Assembly (NCBI RefSeq): GCF_018977255.1
Contig: NW_024704743.1
Span: 80,540,001 to 80,604,000, forward strand
Direction of reading: 5' to 3'
Source: Callorhinchus milii
Lineage: Eukaryota
Length of the DNA stretch: 64,000 nt
Below are positions 52,220 to 64,000 of this stretch, one piece after another. Both the position numbers and the translations under genes were made by a program. The notes beneath the pieces were generated by a model. It did not search any database. It saw only the letters and a program-made list of their open reading frames with translations, and had not been told where the DNA came from. How positions within the stretch are numbered: the stretch's first letter is position 1; each line of letters begins with the position of its first letter.

Positions 52220-52370
52220 AGCTTATTTTCGTCCACAAAACACGCAGGTCAACCCATGGCGCAGCATATCCTGGAGAGGGCTTTCAGAACATAGGTCCGG
52301 ACGACGTGATAAGGCGTTGTATCAAATGCAAGGATCATTCTGATGATGATGATGATGATGATGATGATAG
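52220..52370 (+). mobile_element. SINE 3' tail in TRIB1 intron 1 with (GAT)n terminus
   Basis: GACGTGATAAGGCGTTGTATCAAATGCAAGGATCATTC(TGA)n. Confidence 0.7.
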
Positions 52371-52381
52371 TAATCCCTTAC

Positions 52382-52675
52382 CTTGCACACGTATTCCTGC
52401 CCTGTGTGGCTGCTGATCGCCCTGAAGACGTTGTGCCTCTCCAGGCTTTGCAGGAGGATGTAGTTGCCGATCCTGGCGGCGCCCTGTGAGCTGAAGGGGC
52501 TGCTGCCCGGGGTGGGGCCGGGGGAGCCCGGGGAGGGCAGGTCGGTGCTGTCCGGCGGGGAGTCGCTGAGCCGCGGGCACTTGGTGACAGGTTCCTCGCT
52601 CTCCACTCGCTTCTGCCTCCACCTCCCATTGAGGAGGATGGGGATCGGACTCGCTCTCTGCACGTTCAAACTCAT
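52382..52675 (-). CDS. TRIB1: Tribbles pseudokinase 1, coding exon 1 (98 codons, N-terminal PEST-like region and start of the N-lobe)
   Basis: ATG at 52675. Translation MSLNVQRASPIPILL...KCPRLSD...PGSP...RIGNYILL...HTGQEYVCK resembles TRIB1 (KCPRLSE...PGSP...RIADYLLL...HTGRELRCK). Ends at a phase-0 donor AAG|gtaagg (intron starts 52381). Confidence 0.93.
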
Positions 52676-52706
52676 GAAGGTGTCCCCGATACCACTGCTG
52701 TCGGCC

Positions 52707-53480
<774 letters not shown>

Positions 53481-53689
53481 TAAGAAGCCGAGCGGGGGGG
53501 GGGCGGTGGGGGGGGGGTGGGGGTGGGGGGGGGCGGTGGGGGGGGCGGTGGCGGCTGCAAAACCAACTGCAAACTGAGAAAGTCTCTTTAAAGCAACTTC
53601 TTTTTTGAGGGGGAAACAAAAAGCCACACACAGCCCCGCAAACCCCGGCAGCAATCCCAAACCGGTGGTCTCTGCTCTCCTGGCAGGAC

Positions 53690-54252
53690 AGGCGGGGAGG
53701 GAGGGCAGGCGGGGCAAGGAGGGAGGGAGGGAGGGAGGGCAGGGCAAAGAGGGAGGGAGGGAGGGCAGGGCAAGGAGAGAGGGAGGGCAGGCGGGGCAAG
53801 GAGGGAGGGCAGGCAGGGCAAGGAGGGAGGGCAGGCAGGGCAAGGAGGGAGGGAGGGAGGCAGGCAGGGCAAGGAGGGAGGGCAGGCAGGGCAAGGAGGG
53901 AGGGCAGGCAGGGCAAGGAGGGAGGGCAGGCAGGGCAAGGAGGGCAGGCAGGCAGGGCGGGGAGGGCAGGCGGGCAGGGCAAGGAGGGCGGGCAGGGCAA
54001 GGAGGGCAGGCAGGCAGGGCAAGGAGGGCAGGCAGGGCAAGGAGGGCGGGCAGGCAGGGCGGGGAGGGCAGGGCGGGCAGGGCAAGGAGGGCGGGCAGGG
54101 CAAGGAGGGCAGGCAGGCAGGGCAAGGAGGGCAGGCAGGGCAAGGAGGGCGGGCAGGGCAAGGAGGGCAGGCAGGCAGGGCAAGGAGGGCAGGCAGGGCA
54201 AGGAGGGCGGGCAGGGCGGGCAGGGCAAGGAGGGCAGGCGGGCAGGGCAGGC
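53690..54252. repeat. G-rich purine minisatellite (GGAGGGCAGGCAGGGCAA-like units)
   Basis: Tandem GGGC/GGCA/GGAG words; plus strand essentially lacks T. Confidence 0.93.
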
Positions 54253-54774
54253 TGGTCGCTCTCACGCCTCAGTGGGGCAGCAGGTCCCAGCCAGAGCCCA
54301 CTGCATGGCAACTGTTCTCACGAGCCCGACTGAGGGTGGTGGGAAAATGATAATAACAATAATAATAATAACAATGACAATGATATTAATAAAAGTTAAC
54401 AGTCAAAGTTATACGGTGCAGTCGGAGCGCTGAGCAGCTCAGGCGGCGGCTTTTGGCAGAGAGGCAACTGCAGTATAAATGGGGATGTGTCGAGTGTTGC
54501 CCGTGTACTGGTGTGTGAGTGTGTGTGTGTGGTGTGTGTGTGTGTGTGTGTGGTGTGGGGTGTGTGTGTGTGTGTGGTGTGTGTGTGGTGTGGGGTGTGT
54601 GTGCAGTGAAGGCCAAGTCACACTCACACACACACACTCACTGTGTGACAGAGAGGAGTCACTCACCCACTCACTCACTCACTCTGAGGACCAACAACAC
54701 AATAGATTCTCTCTCTCACTCACAGCCTTTTTTTTACCTGCAGCCGATCAGACGATGTACGTAATGTGACACCC

Positions 54775-55189
54775 GCCACACACACAGCACCACACACACA
54801 CACACACACAGCACCACACACACACACACACACACACACACCACACACACACCACCACACACACACACAGCACCACACACACACACACACAGCACCCACA
54901 CACACACACCACACACACCACACACACACACACCACACACACACACACACAGCACCACACACACACACACAGCACCAACACACACACACACAGCACCACA
55001 CACACACACACACACAGCACCACACACACACACACACAGCACCACACACACACACACACACAGCACCACACACACACACACAGCACCACACACACACACA
55101 CACACACACCACAAACACACACATCAACACACACACCACACACACACCACACAACACACACACACAGCACCACACACACACACACAGCA

Positions 55190-55226
<37 letters not shown>

Positions 55227-55452
55227 ACACACACACACACACACAGCACCACACACACACACACACACAGCACCACACACACACACACACAGCCACCACA
55301 CAACACACACACAGCACCACACACACACACACCACACACACCACACACACACACACACACACAGCACCCACCACACACACACAGCACCAACTACACACAC
55401 ACAGCACCAACCACACACACAGCACCAACTACACACACACACACACACAGCA

Positions 55453-55485
<33 letters not shown>

Positions 55486-56236
55486 ACACACACACGCAAA
55501 CACCACACACACACAGCACCAAACACACACACAGCACCACACACACACACAGCACCACACACACACACACAGCACCACACACACACACACACACAGCACC
55601 ACACACACACACAGCACCACACACACACACACACAGCACCACACACACACACAGCACCACACACACACACACACACCCACACACACACACACACAGCACC
55701 ACACACACACACAGCACCACACACACACCACCACACACACAGCACCAACCACACACACACACAGCACCAACTACACACACACACACAGCACCAACCACAC
55801 ACACACACACAGCACCAAACACACACACACACACAGCACCACACACACACACACACACACACAGCACCACACACACACACACACACAGCACCACACACAC
55901 ACACAGCACCACACACACCACCACACACAGCACCACACACACACACAGCACCACACACACACACAGCACCACACACACACACAGCACCACACACACACAC
56001 AGCACCACACACACACACACAGCACCACACACACACACACACACACACACCCCACACCACACACACACAGCACCACACACACACACACAGCACCACACAC
56101 ACACACACACACACAGCACCACACACACACACACTACCACACACACACACAGCCACACACACACACAGCACCACACACACACACACCCCACACACACACA
56201 CACACACACACACCACACACACACACACACACCACA

Positions 56237-56320
<84 letters not shown>

Positions 56321-56344
56321 CACCACACACACACACACACAGCA

Positions 56345-56404
<60 letters not shown>

Positions 56405-56964
56405 CAGCACCACACACACACACAGCACCACACACACACACACACAGCACCACACACACAGCACCACACACACACACACACACAGCACCACACACACACA
56501 GCACCACACACACACACAGCACCACACACACACACACAGCACCACACACACACACAGCACCACACACACACACAGCACCACACACACACACACACACACA
56601 ACCACACACACACACACAGCACCACACACACACACACACACAGCACCACACACACACACAGCACCACACACACACACACACACAGCACCACACACACACA
56701 CACAGCACCAAACACACACACAGCACGCGCACACACACACACACACAGCGCGCACACACACACACAGCACCACACACACACACAGCACCACACACACACA
56801 CACACACACACACACCACACACACACCACACCACACACCACCACACACACACACACACACCACCACACACACACACACACACACACACACCACACACACA
56901 CCACACCAACAACACACAGCACCACACACACCACACACAGCACCACACACACCGCCACACAGCA

Positions 56965-56998
<34 letters not shown>

Positions 56999-57357
56999 CA
57001 CCACACACACACACAGCACCAAACACACACACAGCACCACACACACACAGCACCACACACACAGCACCACACACACACACACACACAGCACCACACACAC
57101 ACAGCACCACACACACACACAGCACCACACACACACACACACACACAGCACCAACACACACAGCCCCAACACACACACACACAGCACCACACACACACAC
57201 AGCACCACACACACACACACACACACAGCACCACACACACAGCACCACACACACACACACACACACAGCACCAAACACACACACAGCACCACACACACAC
57301 ACACAGCACACACACACACACAGCACCACACACACACACAGCACCACACACACAGCA

Positions 57358-57395
<38 letters not shown>

Positions 57396-57920
57396 CACCA
57401 CACACACACACAGCACCAAACACACACACAGCACCACACACACACACACACACAGCACCACACACACACACAGCACCAAACACACACACAGCACCACACA
57501 CACACACACAGCCACCACACACACACACACACACACACACACCAGCACCACACACACACACAGCCCAAACACACACACAGCACCAACACACACAACACAC
57601 ACACCACACACACACACACACAGCACCACACACACACACACACAGCACCAAACACACACAGCACCACACACACACAGGCACCACACACACACACACACAC
57701 ACAGCACCACACACACAGTATCACACACACACACACAGCACCACACACACACAGTATCACACACACACACACACACCACACACCACACACACACACACAC
57801 ACACAGCACCACACACAACACCACACACCACACACACACCAGCACCACACACACACGCACAGCACCACACACACACACAGCACCACACACACACACACAC
57901 ACCACACACACACACCGCAC

Positions 57921-57959
<39 letters not shown>

Positions 57960-57960
57960 C

Positions 57961-58004
<44 letters not shown>

Positions 58005-58435
58005 CACCACACACACACACAGCACCAAACACACACACAGCACCACACACACACACACAGCACCACACACACACACACAGCACCACACACACCACACACA
58101 CACACACAGCACCACACACACACACAGCACCACACACACACAGCACCACACACACAGCACCACACACACACACACAGCACCACACACACAGCACCACACA
58201 CACACACACACAGCACCAAACACACACAGCACCACACACACACAGCACCACACACACACACACACACACAGCACCACACACACAGCACCACACACACACA
58301 CACAGCACCACACACACACACAGCACCACACACACACACACACACACAGCACCACACACACACAGCACCACACACACACACAGCACCACACACACACACA
58401 CAGCACCACACACACACACACACACACAGCACACA
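54775..58435. repeat. About 3.7-kb compound (CA)n array punctuated by AGCAC spacers
   Basis: Continuous CA runs separated by GCAC words. Preceded by a (GT)n/(CA)n patch at about 54510-54690. Confidence 0.97.
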
Positions 58436-58850
58436 AACGCTTGTGAAAACTCAACGCTTGAGAACTCCATGCCATGGATTTTTTTTGCAAAAATAAAAAA
58501 GATCAGAATCAATTTCAAAATAACCACAAGAAACAAAATAAAAGGGGTTCCTACATGACTTTTTTTGGTGGGGGGTGGGGGCTGGTGGTAAATACAAGGT
58601 CAGGCTGCTTATGAAAATCACATTGCTTTTTTAGCTGGAGATTTTTATTTACATACAAACACACACACACACACACACACACAAGGGCTTGACCGGGACT
58701 CAGTGATAGACAATGCAAAAGGGGGTATTTTTGGTGCATTGATCGGTTTATATAATGCAGATTTAACCATATATATATATATTTTTAAAAAAAACAAATA
58801 ATCTGATCCCTTGTAATTCACAATTCAGGATCACATGCCTGTCGGCTGGA

Positions 58851-58938
58851 TGACGCGAGCAGTCAGTCCAGGCAGCTCTCTTGACGTCGTTGCCTGTTAA
58901 TGTCACTCAAGGGGAACCTCAAGCGCTTCACTTCGTCA
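58851..58938. promoter_or_regulatory. Cluster of CRE/ATF-like motifs upstream of TRIB1
   Basis: TGACG at 58851-58855, TGACGTCG at 58882-58889 and CGTCA at 58934-58938, within 90 bp of unique CpG-containing sequence. Confidence 0.4.
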
Positions 58939-58964
58939 GCCAAATGCACGACAGGCAGGGAGGC

Positions 58965-61900
58965 AGCCAGCCAGCCCCGGCCATAGCCACAGCCAGCCCC
59001 GGCCACAGCCAGCCCCGGCCACAGCCAGCCCCGGCCACAGCCATAGCCAGCCCCGGCCATAGCCACAGCCAGCCCCGGCCATAGCCACAGCCAGCCCCGG
59101 CCACAGCCAGCCCCGGCCATAGCCAGCCCCGGCCATAGCCACAGCCAGCCCCGGCCACAGCCATAGCCAGCCCCGGCCATAGCCAACCCCGGCCACAGCC
59201 AGTCATAGCCACAGCCAGCCCCGGCCATAGCCATAGCCAGCCCCGGCCACAGCCACAGCCAGCCCCGGCCATAGCCAGCCATAGCCAGAGCCAGCCCCGG
59301 CCACAGCCAGCCATAGCCACAGCCAGCCCCGGCCACAGCCAGCCCCGGCCATAGCCAGCCCCGGCCACAGCCAGCCCCGGCCACAGCCAGCCATAGCCAC
59401 AGCCAGCCCCGGCCACAGCCAGCCCCGGCCACAGCCAGCCCCGGCCACAGCCAGCCATAGCCACAGCCAGCCCCGGCCATAGCCAGCCACACCCACAGCC
59501 ATAGCCAGCCCCGGCCATAGCCAGCCATAGCCACAGCCAGCCCCGGCCACAGCCAGCCCCGGCCACAGCCAGCCATAGCCACAGCCAGCCCCGGCCACAG
59601 CCAGTCATAGCCACAGCCAGCCCCGGCCACAGCCAGTCATAGCCACAGCCAGCCCCGGCCATAGCCAGCCATAGCCACAGCCAGCCCCGGCCACAGCCAG
59701 TCATAGCCACAAGCCAGCCCCGGCCATAGCCATAGCCAGCCCCGGCCATAGCCAGCCATAGCCACAGCCAGCCCCGGCCATAGCCAGCCACAGCCAGCCC
59801 CGGCCATAGCCATAGCCAGCCCCGGCCATAGCCAGTCATAGCCACAGCCAGCCCCGGCCATAGCCATAGCCAGCCCCGGCCACAGCCAGCCATAGCCACA
59901 GCCAGCCCGGCCACAGCCAGCCACAGCCAGCCCCGGCCATAGCCAGCCCCGGCCACAGCCAGCCCCGGCCACAGCCAGCCCCGGCCACAGCCAGCCATAG
60001 CCACAGCCAGCCCCGGCCATAGCCAGCCCCGGCCAGAGCCATAGCCAGCCCCGGCCATAGCCAGCCCCGGCCATAGCCAGCCCCGGCCATAGCCAGTCAT
60101 AGCCACAGCCAGCCCCGGCCACAGCCAGTCATAGCCACAGCCAGCCCCGGCCACAGCCAGTCATAGCCACAGCCAGCCCCGGCCATAGCCAACCCGGGCC
60201 ACAGCCAGTCATAGCCACAGCCAGCCCCGGCCATAGCCACAGCCAGCCCCGGCCAGCCAGTCATAGCCACAGCCAGCCCCGCCATAGCCATAGCCCGCCA
60301 AGCAGCCATAGCCACAGCCGCCCGGCCATAGCCAGCCATAGCCACAGCCGCCCCGGCCATAGCCATAGCCAGCCCCGGCCATAGCCAGTCATAGCCACAG
60401 CCAGCCCCGGCCATAGCCATAGCCAGCCCCGGCCACAGCCAGCCATAGCCACAGCCAGCCCCGGCCATAGCCATAGCCAGCCCCGGCCACAGCCAGCCAT
60501 AGCCACAGCCAGCCCCGGCCATAGCCATAGCCAGCCCCGGCCATAGCCAGCCATAGCCACAGCCAGCCCCGGCCATAGCCATAGCCAGCCCCGGCCACAG
60601 CCAGCCATAGCCACAGCCAGCCCCGGCCATAGCCATAGCCAGCCCCGGCCACAGCCAGCCATAGCCACAGCCAGCCCCGGCCATAGCCATAGCCAGCCCC
60701 GGCCACAGCCAGCCATAGCCACAGCCAGCCCCGGCCATAGCCATAGCCAGCCCCGGCCACAGCCAGCCATAGCCACAGCCAGCCCCGGCCATAGCCATAG
60801 CCAGCCCCGGCCACAGCCAGCCATAGCCACAGCCAGCCCCGGCCATAGCCATAGCCAGCCCCGGCCACAGCCAGCCATAGCCACAGCCAGCCCCGGTCAT
60901 AGCCATAGCCAGCCCCGGCCACAGCCATAGCCAGCCCCGGCCACGGCCAGCCCCGGCCACAGCCATAGCCAGCCATAGCCAGGCCCAGCCATAGCCAGCC
61001 CCAGCCATAGCCAGCCATAGCCAGCCCAGCCATAGCCAGCCCAGCCACAGCACAGCCAGCCCCAGCCATAGCCAGCCCCAGCCATAGCCAGCCACCAGCC
61101 ACAGCCAGCCCCAGCCATAGCCAGCCACAGCCATAGCCAGCCCCAGCCATAGCCAGCCCCAGCCATAGCCAGCCACAGCCCAGCCACAGCCATAGCCAGC
61201 CCCAGCCATAGCCAGCCCCAGCCACAGCCAGCCCCAGCCATAGCCAGCCACAGCCCCAGCCACAGCCAGCCCCAGCCACAGCCAGCCACAGCCATAGCCA
61301 GCCCCAGCCATAGCCAGCCCCAGCCACAGCCCCAGCCACAGCCAGCCCCAGCCATAGCCATAGCCAGCCACAGCCCAGCCCCAGCCACAGCCACAGCAGC
61401 CCCAGCCATAGCCAGCCCCAGCCATAGCCAGCCCCAGCCCCAGCCCAGCCAGCCCCAGCCATAGCCAGCCAGCCCCAGCCATAGCCAGCCAGCCCCAGCC
61501 ATAGCCAGCCAGCCCCAGCCCCAGCCCCAGCCATAGCCAGCCCCAGCCTTAGCCAGCCCCAGCCCCAGCCAGCCCCAGCCTTAGCCAGCCCCAGCCCCAG
61601 CCCCAGCCAGCCCCAGCCATAGCCAGCCCAGCCCCAGCCAGCCCCAGCCATAGCCAGCCCCAGCCCCAGCCAGCCCCAGCCCCAGCCATAGCCAGCCCCA
61701 GCCCCAGCCCCAGCCAGCCCCAGCCCCAGCCATAGCCAGCCCCAGCCCCAGCCATAGCCAGCCCCAGCCCCGGCCACAGCCAGCCCCGGCCACAGCCAGC
61801 CATAGCCACAGCCAGCCCCGGCCACAGCCAGCCCCGGCCACAGCCAGCCCCGGCCACAGCCAGCCATAGCCACAGCCAGCCCCGGCCATAGCCAGCCACA

Positions 61901-64000
61901 GCCACAGCCATAGCCAGCCCCGGCCATAGCCAGCCATAGCCACAGCCAGCCCCGGCCATAGCCAGCCCCGGCCACAGCCAGCCATAGCCACAGCCAGCCC
62001 CGGCCACAGCCAGTCATAGCCACAGCCAGCCCCGGCCACAGCCAGTCATAGCCACAGCCAGCCCCGGCCATAGCCAACCCGGGCCACAGCCAGTCATAGC
62101 CACAGCCAGCCCCGGCCATAGCCACAGCCAGCCCCGGCCACAGCCAGTCATAGCCACAACCAGCCCCGGCCATAGCCATAGCCAGCCCCGGCCATAGCCA
62201 GCCATAGCCACAGCCAGCCCCGGCCATAGCCAGCCACAGCCAGCCCCGGCCATAGCCATAGCCAGCCCCGGCCATAGCCAGTCATAGCCACAGCCAGCCC
62301 CGGCCATAGCCATAGCCAGCCCCGGCCACAGCCAGCCATAGCCACAGCCAGCCCCGGCCACAGCCAGCCACAGCCAGCCCCGGCCATAGCCAGCCCCGGC
62401 CACAGCCAGCCCCGGCCACAGCCAGCCCCGGCCACAGCCAGCCATAGCCACAGCCAGCCCCGGCCATAGCCAGCCACAGCCACAGCCATAGCCAGCCCCG
62501 GCCATAGCCAGTCATAGCCACAGCCAGCCCCGGCCATAGCCATAGCCAGCCCCGGCCACAGCCAGCCATAGCCACAGCCAGCCCCGGCCATAGCCACAGC
62601 CAGCCCCGGCCACAGCCAGTCATAGCCACAACCAGCCCCGGCCATAGCCATAGCCAGCCCCGGCCATAGCCAGCCATAGCCACAGCCAGCCCCGGCCATA
62701 GCCATAGCCAGCCCCGGCCATAGCCAGTCATAGCCACAGCCAGCCCCGGCCATAGCCATAGCCAGCCCCGGCCACAGCCAGCCATAGCCACAGCCAGCCC
62801 CGGCCATAGCCATAGCCAGCCCCGGCCACAGCCAGCCATAGCCACAGCCAGCCCCGGCCATAGCCATAGCCAGCCCCGGCCATAGCCAGCCATAGCCACA
62901 GCCAGCCCCGGCCATAGCCATAGCCAGCCCCGGCCACAGCCAGCCATAGCCACAGCCAGCCCCGGCCATAGCCATAGCCAGCCCCGGCCACAGCCAGCCA
63001 TAGCCACAGCCAGCCCCGGCCATAGCCATAGCCAGCCCCGGCCACAGCCAGCCATAGCCACAGCCAGCCCCGGCCATAGCCATAGCCAGCCCCGGCCACA
63101 GCCAGCCATAGCCACAGCCAGCCCCGGCCATAGCCATAGCCAGCCCCGGCCACAGCCAGCCATAGCCACAGCCAGCCCCGGCCATAGCCATAGCCAGCCC
63201 CGGCCACAGCCAGCCATAGCCACAGCCAGCCCCGGCCATAGCCATAGCCAGCCCCGGCCACAGCCATAGCCAGCCCCGGCCACGGCCAGCCCCGGCCACA
63301 GCCATAGCCAGCCATAGCCAGGCCCAGCCATAGCCAGCCCCAGCCATAGCCAGCCATAGCCAGCCCCAGCCATAGCCAGCCCCAGCCACAGCCACAGCCA
63401 GCCCCAGCCATAGCCAGCCCCAGCCATAGCCAGCCACAGCCACAGCCAGCCCCAGCCATAGCCAGCCACAGCCATAGCCAGCCCCAGCCATAGCCAGCCC
63501 CAGCCATAGCCAGCCACAGCCCCAGCCACAGCCATAGCCAGCCCCAGCCATAGCCAGCCCCAGCCACAGCCAGCCCCAGCCATAGCCAGCCACAGCCCCA
63601 GCCACAGCCAGCCCCAGCCATAGCCAGCCCCAGCCACAGCCAGCCACAGCCATAGCCAGCCCCAGCCATAGCCAGCCCCAGCCACAGCCCCAGCCACAGC
63701 CAGCCCCAGCCATAGCCATAGCCAGCCACAGCCCCAGCCACAGCCACAGCCACAGCCAGCCCCAGCCATAGCCAGCCCCAGCCATAGCCAGCCCCAGCCC
63801 CAGCCCCAGCCATAGCCAGCCCCAGCCTTAGCCAGCCCCAGCCCCAGCCAGCCCCAGCCTTAGCCAGCCCCAGCCCCAGCCCCAGCCAGCCCCAGCCATA
63901 GCCAGCCCCAGCCCCAGCCAGCCCCAGCCATAGCCAGCCCCAGCCCCAGCCAGCCCCAGCCCCAGCCATAGCCAGCCCCAGCCCCAGCCATAGCCAGCCC
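58965..64000. repeat. >5-kb satellite built from GCCA/GCCATA/GCCACA/GCCCCG/GCCCCA words, running off the window
   Basis: Directly visible; includes homogeneous runs of a 54-bp unit. Confidence 0.97.

Noticed and set aside
54474..54480. TATAAAT box
   Set aside because: On the strand opposite to TRIB1, with no supported plus-strand transcript.
54720..58536. ORFs of 1000-1256 aa (Cys/Val-rich or His/Thr-rich)
   Set aside because: Stop-free translations of the (CA)n array in several frames; no domain content.
58863..63969. Long Gly/Trp/Ala-rich ORFs
   Set aside because: Open in all minus-strand frames because the satellite words lack stop codons; not evidence of a protein.

Overview
Eukaryotic (vertebrate) genomic DNA. 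The repeat complement (CR1 and L2 LINEs, Deu-domain and tRNA-headed L2-tailed SINEs, a Penelope-type terminal repeat) points to a cartilaginous fish, possibly a chimaera; this is an inference. There is one protein-coding gene: a three-exon Tribbles pseudokinase, best matching TRIB1, on the minus strand (CDS 52675-52382, 51148-50856, 48082-47614; 351 aa; GT-AG introns), with a probable ~2.4 kb 3' UTR. Bases 1-45 kb are a gene-free region downstream of it, full of decayed and often nested retroelements. The 5' end of the gene (52.7-64 kb) is unusual: short islands of unique regulatory-looking sequence are separated by large simple-sequence arrays. These are a 9/10-bp GTCAGCCC array, a G-rich array, a 3.7-kb interrupted (CA)n array, and a >5-kb GCCA-word satellite with higher-order structure. 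Other points of note: an SLE->SLV change in the pseudokinase, a 13-nt miR-132-complementary site inside a hairpin in the 3' UTR, a candidate uORF, and an exact 239-bp spaced duplication. I found no prokaryote-type system (CRISPR, operon), and the long repetitive ORFs are artefacts of the repeats. Family names come from recalled consensus sequences, not database searches; element boundaries are approximate unless stated.
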